From Deltaproteobacteria bacterium (GTDB taxonomy: Bacteria > Desulfobacterota > Desulfobaccia > Desulfobaccales > 0-14-0-80-60-11), in assembly GCA_016874915.1 (NCBI GenBank), contig VGSW01000002.1, positions 1 through 55,255 of the forward strand: a stretch of 55,255 bases of DNA. Direction: 5' to 3'. How positions within the stretch are numbered: the first letter of the stretch is position 1; each line of letters begins with the position of its first letter. This document shows positions 1 through 8,862 of this stretch, one piece after another. Position numbers and translations under genes: made by a program. The notes beneath the pieces were generated by a model. That model worked only from the letters and a program-made list of their open reading frames with translations, ran no database searches and was not told the DNA's origin.

Positions 1-148
1 CGAAGAATCTCTAAATACGAGATGCTTCGCTTCGCTCAGCATGACAAGAAGACAATAAAATGTAGAGTGGGCACTGCCCACCAATTCCTTAGAATCGCTT
101 AAGTGAACCGTATTGCCCCTAACCCCTTAAAAAAACTGGACACATGCC

Positions 149-424
149 ATGTTCTATGCTATCAGTTACGATATCCGGGATGACCGCCGCCGCCTGAAGG
201 TGGCCAAGACCCTGCAGGACTTCGGCCAAAGAGTGCAACTGTCGGTTTTTGAGGCTCGCCTGGAGTCGTCGGAATTGGCCCGTCTCAAAAAACGCCTCAG
301 CCCCATCCTGGATCAGGACCAGGACAGCGTGCGCCTCTATCCCCTATGCGCCGCCTGCCTGACCGGAGTGGAGATCCTGGGACAGGGGCTGGTAACCCAA
401 GAGCCTGATTTTATTATAATTTAA
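149..424 (+). CDS. cas2: CRISPR-associated endoribonuclease Cas2
   Basis: 91-aa ORF. The N-terminal 'MFYAISYDIRDDRRR' strand with conserved Asp and the 'VQLSVFE' motif are typical of Cas2. It lies 188 nt upstream of the CRISPR array. Confidence 0.9.
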   Translation: MFYAISYDIRDDRRRLKVAKTLQDFGQRVQLSVFEARLESSELARLKKRLSPILDQDQDSVRLYPLCAACLTGVEILGQGLVTQEPDFIII

Positions 425-612
425 CGAACATCGGCCCCGACTTGAAAAATGCCGGAGGTTACCATCCAGGGTTATGTTATTGAATAACATAGGCTTTCGC
501 CAAAAGAGGGCTGAGGCGCCGGGGTTGATTCTGCACCTTGGTGCCATTCGCCGGGACCTTACCCTTTCAGGGGTCCCCAACCCGCATCATCACTGCCCCG
601 GAAATTGCCGGG
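425..612 (+). promoter_or_regulatory. Putative CRISPR leader
   Basis: Non-coding stretch between cas2 and the first repeat. The degenerate terminal repeat lies at the far end of the array, which supports this end as the leader. Confidence 0.5.
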
Positions 613-3600
613 GTTGAAGTTCTACTCAGAGCCTTCGGGCGATTGCGACGAATCGAGGCTGGCAAACTTGGGAACCATCCACAGGTTCCGTTGAAGTTCT
701 ACTCAGAGCCTTCGGGCGATTGCGACTTCAACCGCCGCCTGCCGCTTGGCCTCGGCCGTTTCCTTGTGTTGAAGTTCTACTCAGAGCCTTCGGGCGATTG
801 CGACCTTGTTAATAGTTCCGCCACGGCGTATTCGGCGTATGGCGGTTGAAGTTCTACTCAGAGCCTTCGGGCGATTGCGACTTTGGTTGTTGCTGAAAAA
901 TCAGCGCAACCAGCCAGCAAAATGGGTTGAAGTTCTACTCAGAGCCTTCGGGCGATTGCGACTTCTGTCAGAATCTCCGGCAGAGGGTCAACCGCGATTT
1001 TTGTTGAAGTTCTACTCAGAGCCTTCGGGCGATTGCGACTTATAGGAGAAGACAAGTTCATCAGCAACGACTCAATCCGTTGAAGTTCTACTCAGAGCCT
1101 TCGGGCGATTGCGACGCTGAATAATATCCAAGATGAACATCGTCGACTGCAAGTGGGTTGAAGTTCTACTCAGAGCCTTCGGGCGATTGCGACTCCCTGA
1201 CGTAATGGAGGGCATGGCCGTTCTGCTCCACTGTTGAAGTTCTACTCAGAGCCTTCGGGCGATTGCGACGTTATAAGCCGCTTCCGCGCAGGTGGCCGCC
1301 TTGTTGTTGAAGTTCTACTCAGAGCCTTCGGGCGATTGCGACTTATCTTGAGCCACAACATGCAATTCGTACTCCTGGCGTTGAAGTTCTACTCAGAGCC
1401 TTCGGGCGATTGCGACTTAAGTGGCTGCCAGAGCGCCTTGCCGATCATCTGATTGGTTGAAGTTCTACTCAGAGCCTTCGGGCGATTGCGACTTCTATAC
1501 TGCTCATGCCAAGAGGGATTTCGTTATGCATAGTTGAAGTTCTACTCAGAGCCTTCGGGCGATTGCGACCACGTGGCGGGCGGGGCCGGGGAATAGCAGG
1601 TCACTCTGTTGAAGTTCTACTCAGAGCCTTCGGGCGATTGCGACTTCCGCATCCGGCAGGGCGTCCGGCCGAAGTAGTCCGTAGTTGAAGTTCTACTCAG
1701 AGCCTTCGGGCGATTGCGACACACTTCGGTGACCTTGGCGTCGTATTTCGTAATTGGGTCGGTTGAAGTTCTACTCAGAGCCTTCGGGCGATTGCGACAT
1801 TGAATAGTTAGTCCTCTTCATCTCCTATGGAATCCAGTTGAAGTTCTACTCAGAGCCTTCGGGCGATTGCGACATTTTCCAGTTGAGAAACCCATAGACA
1901 ATCACAGTTAGCGTTGAAGTTCTACTCAGAGCCTTCGGGCGATTGCGACCGAGACATGGTGGTTACTCCTATGCAAGAGCCACAGCCAGAGAGCCAGAGT
2001 TGAAGTTCTACTCAGAGCCTTCGGGCGATTGCGACCTCCAATTTTCTTGGTCTTGTTCAGGCGGTGGTTCATAATGTTGAAGTTCTACTCAGAGCCTTCG
2101 GGCGATTGCGACCTTGCCATCTCTTGTTACGCGAACATTAATCCGATTTAGGTTGAAGTTCTACTCAGAGCCTTCGGGCGATTGCGACTGACTTTGCTCA
2201 AAAGCTCCTGGCCCACTCCGATACGGCCATCCAGAGTTGAAGTTCTACTCAGAGCCTTCGGGCGATTGCGACCTTTTCCTTCACCTTCAGGACCAGCTAT
2301 TTCGAGAATTTTGGTTGAAGTTCTACTCAGAGCCTTCGGGCGATTGCGACGTATGGCTGGTGGTGCCGGCCCCAGGGGCGATGCTCATAATGTTGAAGTT
2401 CTACTCAGAGCCTTCGGGCGATTGCGACGGCCATCAGGGCGCGATTGATCGAATCATTGTGTTTGCGTTGAAGTTCTACTCAGAGCCTTCGGGCGATTGC
2501 GACCAGGCGTGTTAACCTCATCATCCCGCGTCTGCCATAACTTCGTTGAAGTTCTACTCAGAGCCTTCGGGCGATTGCGACGACGACTAAGAGATATCTT
2601 TGCGTCCGTTTCCATGAAGGTTGAAGTTCTACTCAGAGCCTTCGGGCGATTGCGACTCAATGGAGTTAAAAACGGTTTTGGTGCAGCCCCAAATGGAAGT
2701 TGAAGTTCTACTCAGAGCCTTCGGGCGATTGCGACTGACAGGTAGCAATGAACAGCCCGTTGGTGGTTTGTCTTAGTTGAAGTTCTACTCAGAGCCTTCG
2801 GGCGATTGCGACCCAAGGTTGTTCAAGTCGCTCCGGATGGAAAGTTGGCTCAGTTGAAGTTCTACTCAGAGCCTTCGGGCGATTGCGACGGAGCGGGGCG
2901 GGGAACGCACATATCGAATAGTACTGGCGTTGAAGTTCTACTCAGAGCCTTCGGGCGATTGCGACTCCTGTTCGGGGTAGTGTTCCTCAGCATAATCCTC
3001 AGCCGTTGAAGTTCTACTCAGAGCCTTCGGGCGATTGCGACCCACCAGAGGCAGGGGAGAGGGTATAGACAACCAGATACTTAGGTTGAAGTTCTACTCA
3101 GAGCCTTCGGGCGATTGCGACACTCAAGGATGGGTTTGCAGGCATCATTACCGTTGCGTTGAAGTTCTACTCAGAGCCTTCGGGCGATTGCGACTATTTC
3201 CCCAGGATAGGAAAATTTAGGACCATTATACGTTCCGTTGAAGTTCTACTCAGAGCCTTCGGGCGATTGCGACGCCTCCAGGCCGCCATTGATGGTCAGG
3301 GTTTTAGTGGTGGGTTGAAGTTCTACTCAGAGCCTTCGGGCGATTGCGACGGCCTACACCATTTGCGCTGAAATTGTCGCCATTCTCTGTTGAAGTTCTA
3401 CTCAGAGCCTTCGGGCGATTGCGACGAATTTCTGACATGGCTTTTTCTCCTTTTCTTTTCCAGAAGTTGAAGTTCTACTCAGAGCCTTCGGGCGATTGCG
3501 ACTTTGCCGGAGTTGCTGATGTTTCCGTTCCCCCAGCTTAATGTTGAAGTTCTACTCAGAGCCTTCGGGCGATTGCGACTCATCGCTGGGTTTTATTTTG

Positions 3601-3729
3601 ACTTTTAAAGTGACGGAAGTTGAAGTTCTACTCAGAGCCTTCGGGCGATTGCGACCGAAAATGGTCCGGCCCCAGCCGCACGTATACGTAACGTTGAAGT
3701 TCTACTCAGAGCCTTCGGGCGATTGGTTG
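613..3729 (+). CRISPR. CRISPR array, 41 repeats of 37 bp (GTTGAAGTTCTACTCAGAGCCTTCGGGCGATTGCGAC), 40 spacers of 36-49 nt
   Basis: Repeats were counted directly: first at 613-649, last at 3693-3729. The last repeat matches for 33 nt and then diverges (GTTG in place of CGAC). All spacers are unique by eye. Confidence 0.97.
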
Positions 3730-3732
3730 ATA

Positions 3733-3875
3733 GACAGGGGACGGGGGACGGGAGACAGGTAAAACCTATAAGCGCCATTGTCAAGATTGAGGCTCCGGTC
3801 ATCGGTCTCCGGTCCCCGGTCCTTCGGGAGACGGGAAAAATATTCCCGGTCATCGGTCTCCGGTCCCCGGTCCTT
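3733..3875 (+). repeat. Hairpin-forming repeat cluster in the array trailer (two copies of CCGGTCATCGGTCTCCGGTCCCCGGTCC plus complementary GGGGACGGGGGACGGGAGAC)
   Basis: Direct copies at 3795-3824 and 3846-3875. The G-rich complementary arm is at 3733-3759. A third copy occurs at 4611-4635. Confidence 0.6.
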
Positions 3876-3882
3876 CCCTTAT

Positions 3883-3897
3883 AGCCTTCGGGCGATT
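3883..3897 (+). repeat. Relic fragment of the CRISPR repeat (AGCCTTCGGGCGATT)
   Basis: 15-nt exact match to repeat positions 19-33, located 60 nt upstream of brnT. Confidence 0.5.
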
Positions 3898-3958
3898 CTG
3901 AATTAAGTGGGCAACTTTGGCCGGTTGACGCCAGAGGCAATGGGCCATACAATTAATT

Positions 3959-4252
3959 ATGCGGTTCGAGTGGGATGAGGCGAAGCGGCTGGCCAACCTG
4001 GAAAAACATGGCATAGACTTCGCCGACGCTCCGGAACTGTTCCAGGGACAGATGGTAATCGCCCTGGACCGGCGGATTGGTTACGGAGAAGAGAGGTATA
4101 CCGGGTTCGGCGTTCTTAAGCAGCGGGTGATGGCCGTGGTTTTCAGCAGGCGAGAGCCCGACCTCATCCGCCTGATCTCCCTGAGGAAAGCCAACCGGAG
4201 GGAGCGGAGGAGATATGAACAAGCAGTCGCAGACCGATTGGGACAGGATTGA
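3959..4252 (+). CDS. brnT: BrnT-family (DUF497) type II toxin
   Basis: 97 aa. 'FEWDEAKRLANLEKHGIDFADA...IRLISLRKANRRERRRY' matches the BrnT/DUF497 pattern (FEWD..K...N..KHG..F, IR.IS.RKA). Confidence 0.85.
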   Translation: MRFEWDEAKRLANLEKHGIDFADAPELFQGQMVIALDRRIGYGEERYTGFGVLKQRVMAVVFSRREPDLIRLISLRKANRRERRRYEQAVADRLGQD

Positions 4253-4457
4253 CGCCCTCAAAGACGAGGAGATCGATTACTCCGAGATCCCCGATTTGGG
4301 GGAGGATGAAGCTTTTTGGTCCCGGGCCGAGGTAGTGGTGCCGGTGACCATTTGGGTCGATCCCGAGGTGCTGGCCTGGTTTAAGGCCCAGGGGGAAGGG
4401 TACGAGGAGCGCATCAGCAAAGCGCTGCAAACCTACAAAGAGACCCACGAAAAATAA
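4215..4457 (+). CDS. brnA: BrnA-family (DUF4415) antitoxin
   Basis: 80 aa. 'TDWDRIDALKDEEIDYSEIPDL' and 'VDPEVLAWFKAQGEGYEERISKALQTY' match the DUF4415/BrnA pattern. It overlaps brnT by 38 nt. Confidence 0.8.
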   Translation: MNKQSQTDWDRIDALKDEEIDYSEIPDLGEDEAFWSRAEVVVPVTIWVDPEVLAWFKAQGEGYEERISKALQTYKETHEK

Positions 4458-4469
4458 CCCCAGTTAATA

Positions 4470-4566
4470 AGAGCCTTCGGGCGATTGCGACGGACTTCGG
4501 CCATCATTGCTCATCCTCCCGCCCTCCTTTTTGTTGAAGTTCCAATAAGAGCCTTCGGGCGATTGC
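4470..4566 (+). CRISPR. Relic mini-array: 5'-truncated repeat (22 nt), one 41-nt spacer, degenerate repeat
   Basis: 4470-4491 is identical to the last 22 nt of the repeat. 4533-4566 is GTTGAAGTTCCAATAAGAGCCTTCGGGCGATTGC, which has 4 mismatches to the consensus and lacks the last 3 nt. Confidence 0.7.
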
Positions 4567-4583
4567 TTTTCAGACGGGAGACG

Positions 4584-4642
4584 GGGGACTGGAGACGAGG
4601 AAAAACATTCCCGGTCATCGGTCTCCGGTCCCCGGTTTTTTT
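4584..4642 (+). terminator. Rho-independent terminator (13-bp GC-rich stem plus T7)
   Basis: GGGGACTGGAGAC (4584-4596) pairs with GTCTCCGGTCCCC (4621-4633), with one G-U pair. It is followed by GG and TTTTTTT (4636-4642). Confidence 0.7.
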
Positions 4643-4827
4643 GGCACAGGAACGACGCCGGGCCGGGAATCCCCTTCTACGGCCCCTTTCTTTTCTCCTA
4701 CCCTTTTCCCCAGAATGCCTCTAAAAAAGCGCTAGCCGTTTTTTCAGCCACGTTGGGGAGCAGGGCAAGGGTTTGATAAGGGGAAGCGCTAGGGCAGGTA
4801 AGGCGCCTCCTCAGCCTCAAAAAAGAC

Positions 4828-4857
4828 TTAACCAAACCCCTCCACCCATGGCATAAT
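4828..4857 (+). promoter_or_regulatory. Candidate sigma70-like promoter (TTAACC-N18-CATAAT) for the RM gene
   Basis: The two hexamers were read directly. The site lies 18 nt upstream of the ATG at 4875, and a GGTGAGGG Shine-Dalgarno sequence follows. Confidence 0.3.
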
Positions 4858-4874
4858 GTCCTGGTGAGGGCTGG

Positions 4875-7800
4875 ATGAACCCCCTGGAAACCTACCTCAA
4901 GGAGCTATCTGAAATCCGCGTGTCCGGTGCCGGGGTCAAGGAGACCTCCTATTACGGCCCCCTGGCCCTGCTCCTGAACGAGATCGGCAAGACTCTCAAG
5001 CCCAGGGTCAAGTGCATCATCAACTTGCAGAACGTGGGGGCCGGTCTGCCCGACGGCGGGTTCTTCACCCAAGAGCAATTTCAGAAATTCGCGGACGCCG
5101 CCCCCCTCCCCGGCCAGACCCCCGCCCGCGGCGTCATGGAAGTCAAATCCACCCAGGATGACGCCTGGGTCACCGCGGCCGGCGCCCAGGTCACCAGGTA
5201 TTGGGGCCGCTACCGGCAAGTCCTGGTGACCAACTACCGGGATTTCGTGTTGGTGGGCCAGGACCCCTCCGGCCAGCCCGCCAAGCTGGAAACCTACCGC
5301 CTGGCCGACAGTGAAGCCGCATTTTGGGATGCAGCCCGGCACTACCGGCGCACCGCCCAGGAGCACGGCGAACGCTTCATTGAATACCTGAAGCGGGTGA
5401 TGCTCCATGCCGCGCCCTTGGCCCGCCCGGAAGACGCGGCCTGGTTCCTGGCCTCCTATGCCCGGGACGCCAAGGCCCGCCTGGAAGGAAAGGACCTGCC
5501 GGCCCTGTCCGGGCTGCGGGGCGCCCTGGAAGAAGCCCTGGGGTTGCGATTCGAGGGCGACAAGGGCGATCACTTCTTCCGCTCCACCCTGGTCCAGACC
5601 CTCTTTTACGGCGTCTTCGCCGCCTGGGTCCTGTGGCACAAGAAAAACCCCCTCCCGGACCCCAGGAAACTCTTTGACTGGCGCCTCACCCCTTGGTTCC
5701 TCCACGTCCCCATGATCCGGGTGCTCTATGAGCAGGTGGCCACCCCCACCAAGTTAGGCCCCCTGGGACTGGAAGAAGTCTTGGACTGGACCGCCGCGGT
5801 CCTCAACCGGGTGGACCGGCCGTCCTTCTTCTCCCAATTCGATGAAGGCCACGCGGTGCAGTATTTCTACGAACCCTTCCTCAAAGCCTTTGACCCCCAC
5901 CTGCGCAAGGATTTGGGCATCTGGTACACCCCGCCGGAAATCGTCCAGTACATGGTGGCCCGGGTGGACACCGTGCTCCGGCAGGAGCTTGGCATTGCCG
6001 ACGGCCTGGCCGACCCCCGGGTTTACGTCCTCGACCCCTGCTGCGGCACCGGCGCTTACCTGGTGGAAGTCTTGAAACACATCCACGCTACGTTGAAGGA
6101 GAAAGAGGACGCCTTAACTGCCCAGGACCTTAAAAGCGCGGCCCGGAACCGGGTCTTCGGCTTCGAGATTCTGCCCGCTCCCTTCGTGGTCTCCCACCTG
6201 CAACTGGGCCTGCTCCTGCAAAACCTGGGCGCGCCCTTGTCCGAGGAGAAGGCAGAACGGGTGGGGGTCTTCCTCACCAATGCCCTGACCGGCTGGGAGC
6301 CCCCGGAAGGCCCCAAGAAGCAGCTGATGCTGCCGGAGTTTGCGGAGGAACGGGACGCCGCGGAAGAAGTGAAGCGGGACAAGCCCATCCTGGTGATCCT
6401 GGGCAATCCCCCGTACAACGCCTTTGCCGGGGTGAGCGCCGAGGCGGAAAAGGCCCTGGTGGAGCCTTACAAGGAGGGGTTGATTTCCCGGTGGGGCATC
6501 AAGAAATTCAACCTGGACGATCTCTATGTCCGGTTCTTCGGCCTGGCGGAACGGCGCATTGCCGGGATGACCGGCAAGGGCGTGGTCTGCTACATCTCCA
6601 ACTTCTCCTACCTGGGCGATCCCTCCTTTGTGGTCCTGCGGGAACGGTTCCTCTCCGGGTTTGACGCCCTGTGGTTCGACTGCCTGAACGGGGACAGCCG
6701 GGAGACCGGCAAGCTCACCCCGAACGGCCAGCCGGACCCCAGCGTCTTTTCCACGGAATACAACCGGGAAGGCATCCGGGTGGGCACAGCCATTGCCCTG
6801 ATGGTGCGGAAGGCCAGCCGGGATGAGAAACCCGCGGTTCGCTTCCGGCAGTTTTGGGGAATTACCAAGAGGGCTGACTTGGTGGAAAGTCTCAAGGCCC
6901 CGGATTTTGAGGGTCAATATGAGGCCGTCTACCCAGATGGAACTAACTGGTTATCATTCCGGGCCATGGAGGTAGCAGCCCATTATCTGGGATGGCCTAA
7001 AATAGTGGATTTGTGTTCAGAGTTACCGATAAGCGGTCTACAAGAGATGCGCCATAGTGCGCTCATTGACATTGACAGAGATTCCCTCAAGAAAAGGATG
7101 CAGTTGTATTATGACCCTGAAGTGTCTTGGGAGACACTAAAAGCTCTGGGCACAGGGTTAACTCAAAAGGCAGGAGGGTTTGACCCTAAACCATGCAGAG
7201 AACGAGTGCAAAAGTCAGAACAATTTGATGACAAGAGGATCATGCGTTACGCTCTTTATCCTCTTGACTTGCGCTGGTGCTACTACAGTCAAATTCAGCC
7301 GCTTTGGAATAGACCGCGGCCCACCCTTGTGGCTCAAAAATGGCTTGGCAACAAGTTTATCATTACCCGAATGATGGCTGAAAGACCTAAAGAGCAGATC
7401 GCCATCACCATAACATCAGAGTTGCCCGATTACCATTTGCTCAGACCGAACGCTATCGCCATTCCCATCTATCTCCGTCAGCCGCATACAGAAAAAGGGA
7501 GCAGAGGTTTTAACCATCCCAGCCTTATTGGAGAACCAGAACAAGGGGAACAAACCCCCACAGCCAACCTTGCCCCCCTGGCCCGGTCTTACCTGGCCGC
7601 CCTGGGGCTCCCGGACCCGGGCGCCAACCCGGAAACCGCCGCCCTCATCTGGCTGCACGCCCTGGCCATCGGCTACGCCCCGGCCTATCTCGCGGAAAAC
7701 GCCGACGGCATCCGCCAGGACTGGCCCCGGATTCCTCTGCCGGACAGCCGGGAAGCCCTGGAACATTCCGCAGAGTTGGGTCGGCAACTGGCAGCGCTGC

Positions 7801-8372
7801 TGGACCCGGAAACCTCGGTTCCGGGTGTGACCGCCGGAGCCATCCGGTCTGAACTGAAATCACTGGCCGTGATCTCCAAAGCAGGAGGTGGAGTCCTGAA
7901 CCCCGACGCCGGGGACCTGGCCGTAACCGCAGGATGGGGCCATGGCGGGAAAGACGGCGTGACCATGCCGGGCAAGGGCAAGGTGGAGAGGCGGGAATAT
8001 ACTGCCGCAGAATTGACTTCCATCCGGGAAGGCGCCCAGGCCCAGGGCCTCACCCTGAAAGAGGCCCTGGACCACCTGGGCGAGACCACCTGTGACATCT
8101 ACCTGAACAAGTCGGCCTATTGGCGCAACGTCCCGGCCAAGGTCTGGGGCTACTACATCGGCGGCTACCAGGTCATCAAGAAGTGGCTCAGCTACCGGGA
8201 ACGCGACCTCCTGGGCCGCTCCCTCCACATGGAAGAAGTCCGGGAAGTCACCCACATGGCCCGCCGCCTGGCCGCGATTGTTCTGATGGAGCCCGCCCTT
8301 AATCTAAACTACCAGTTGGATAAAGAACACCCTTTTGCCTGGCCCAAGAGCCAAGGAGGACCACGATGCTAA
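4875..8372 (+). CDS. MmeI-like Type IIG/IIL restriction-modification enzyme (N-terminal PD-ExK nuclease, gamma-class N6-adenine methyltransferase, type ISP-like C-terminal specificity region)
   Basis: 1165 aa. Nuclease motif: 'LPDGGFF...GVMEVKS...VLVTNYRDFVLVG', comparable to MmeI D-X-EXK followed by Y.LV.DF..F.L. SAM motif I is 'VLDPCCGTGAYL' and motif IV is 'GNPPYN'. 'YPLDLRWCYYS' resembles the type ISP C-terminal domain. No helicase Walker A motif is present. Confidence 0.75.
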   Translation: MNPLETYLKELSEIRVSGAGVKETSYYGPLALLLNEIGKTLKPRVKCIINLQNVGAGLPDGGFFTQEQFQKFADAAPLPGQTPARGVMEVKSTQDDAWVTAAGAQVTRYWGRYRQVLVTNYRDFVLVGQDPSGQPAKLETYRLADSEAAFWDAARHYRRTAQEHGERFIEYLKRVMLHAAPLARPEDAAWFLASYARDAKARLEGKDLPALSGLRGALEEALGLRFEGDKGDHFFRSTLVQTLFYGVFAAWVLWHKKNPLPDPRKLFDWRLTPWFLHVPMIRVLYEQVATPTKLGPLGLEEVLDWTAAVLNRVDRPSFFSQFDEGHAVQYFYEPFLKAFDPHLRKDLGIWYTPPEIVQYMVARVDTVLRQELGIADGLADPRVYVLDPCCGTGAYLVEVLKHIHATLKEKEDALTAQDLKSAARNRVFGFEILPAPFVVSHLQLGLLLQNLGAPLSEEKAERVGVFLTNALTGWEPPEGPKKQLMLPEFAEERDAAEEVKRDKPILVILGNPPYNAFAGVSAEAEKALVEPYKEGLISRWGIKKFNLDDLYVRFFGLAERRIAGMTGKGVVCYISNFSYLGDPSFVVLRERFLSGFDALWFDCLNGDSRETGKLTPNGQPDPSVFSTEYNREGIRVGTAIALMVRKASRDEKPAVRFRQFWGITKRADLVESLKAPDFEGQYEAVYPDGTNWLSFRAMEVAAHYLGWPKIVDLCSELPISGLQEMRHSALIDIDRDSLKKRMQLYYDPEVSWETLKALGTGLTQKAGGFDPKPCRERVQKSEQFDDKRIMRYALYPLDLRWCYYSQIQPLWNRPRPTLVAQKWLGNKFIITRMMAERPKEQIAITITSELPDYHLLRPNAIAIPIYLRQPHTEKGSRGFNHPSLIGEPEQGEQTPTANLAPLARSYLAALGLPDPGANPETAALIWLHALAIGYAPAYLAENADGIRQDWPRIPLPDSREALEHSAELGRQLAALLDPETSVPGVTAGAIRSELKSLAVISKAGGGVLNPDAGDLAVTAGWGHGGKDGVTMPGKGKVERREYTAAELTSIREGAQAQGLTLKEALDHLGETTCDIYLNKSAYWRNVPAKVWGYYIGGYQVIKKWLSYRERDLLGRSLHMEEVREVTHMARRLAAIVLMEPALNLNYQLDKEHPFAWPKSQGGPRC

Positions 8373-8815
8373 AATGGTTAAGGAGGAAGGAAGCAAAGGA
8401 ACTTAATAAGCAAATAGACTTTAAAACCTTTAAACCTCCAGATGACCCTGTTTTTGGAAATCTTTTGGAAGAAGCTGTAAAGGGCCGGGTGCCAGTTTAT
8501 TTCGCTGCCGTGCCCTTGACCCTTGTCCGCCCATATGACCCGGAGTTTCACCCGGAAAATATGCCAGAAGGTGAAAAAATCGTGGAAGCTATCATGGCAG
8601 ATTGGCGAGCCGGTAGATTCCGTCACCTTTGGGTATATCCCCAGCAAGATTATTTTGTCATGGCAGATGACTATCTCACTTATGCAGCGGCTCTAAAGGG
8701 CCAACCCGATTTTTTCCCGTGCTGGGTGCTCGGCGAACCAAGGTTGCCCGGAGTGAAAGACATTCAAGGGCCAATAAGGATAGAGGATGTTCGCCGATTA
8801 CTTTTTGGAGATTGA
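8366..8815 (+). CDS. Hypothetical protein, translationally coupled to the RM gene; possibly a degenerate ParB/Srx-like fold
   Basis: 149 aa. Its ATG at 8366 overlaps the RM stop (ATGCTAA). GC is about 40-48% against about 65% just upstream. 'YFVMADDYLTYAAALKG' loosely resembles the ParB-N 'Y.v.DGHHR..Aa..lG' segment but lacks the catalytic residues. Confidence 0.5.
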   Translation: MLKWLRRKEAKELNKQIDFKTFKPPDDPVFGNLLEEAVKGRVPVYFAAVPLTLVRPYDPEFHPENMPEGEKIVEAIMADWRAGRFRHLWVYPQQDYFVMADDYLTYAAALKGQPDFFPCWVLGEPRLPGVKDIQGPIRIEDVRRLLFGD

Positions 8816-8862
8816 TCATTAGCTGCATATGGTAAGTTTTCTGATACCATTTCAGTGCCAAT

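Noticed and set aside
538-3762. About 20 ORFs of 60-105 aa in the track across the CRISPR region, with repeating 'VEVLLRAFGRLR' or 'LKFYSEPSGDCD' peptides
   Set aside because: They are translations of the 37-bp repeat in different frames. The periodicity is that of the array, not of a protein.
4905-8255. Long antisense or off-frame ORFs inside the RM gene (for example 4905..5705, 6114..6917, 7685..8098)
   Set aside because: These are shadow ORFs typical of high-GC coding DNA. They are Pro/Gly/Arg-rich, carry no motifs and are fully nested in a motif-rich 1165-aa ORF. The same reasoning applies to 44079..45098, 46527..47144, 34858..35592, 24688..25665, 20477..21109 and 35947..36621.
4875-8372. 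BREX PglX methyltransferase
   Set aside because: The size and the NPPY motif fit. However, the N-terminus carries an MmeI-type PD-ExK nuclease motif, and no brxA/B/C, pglZ or brxL genes are nearby.
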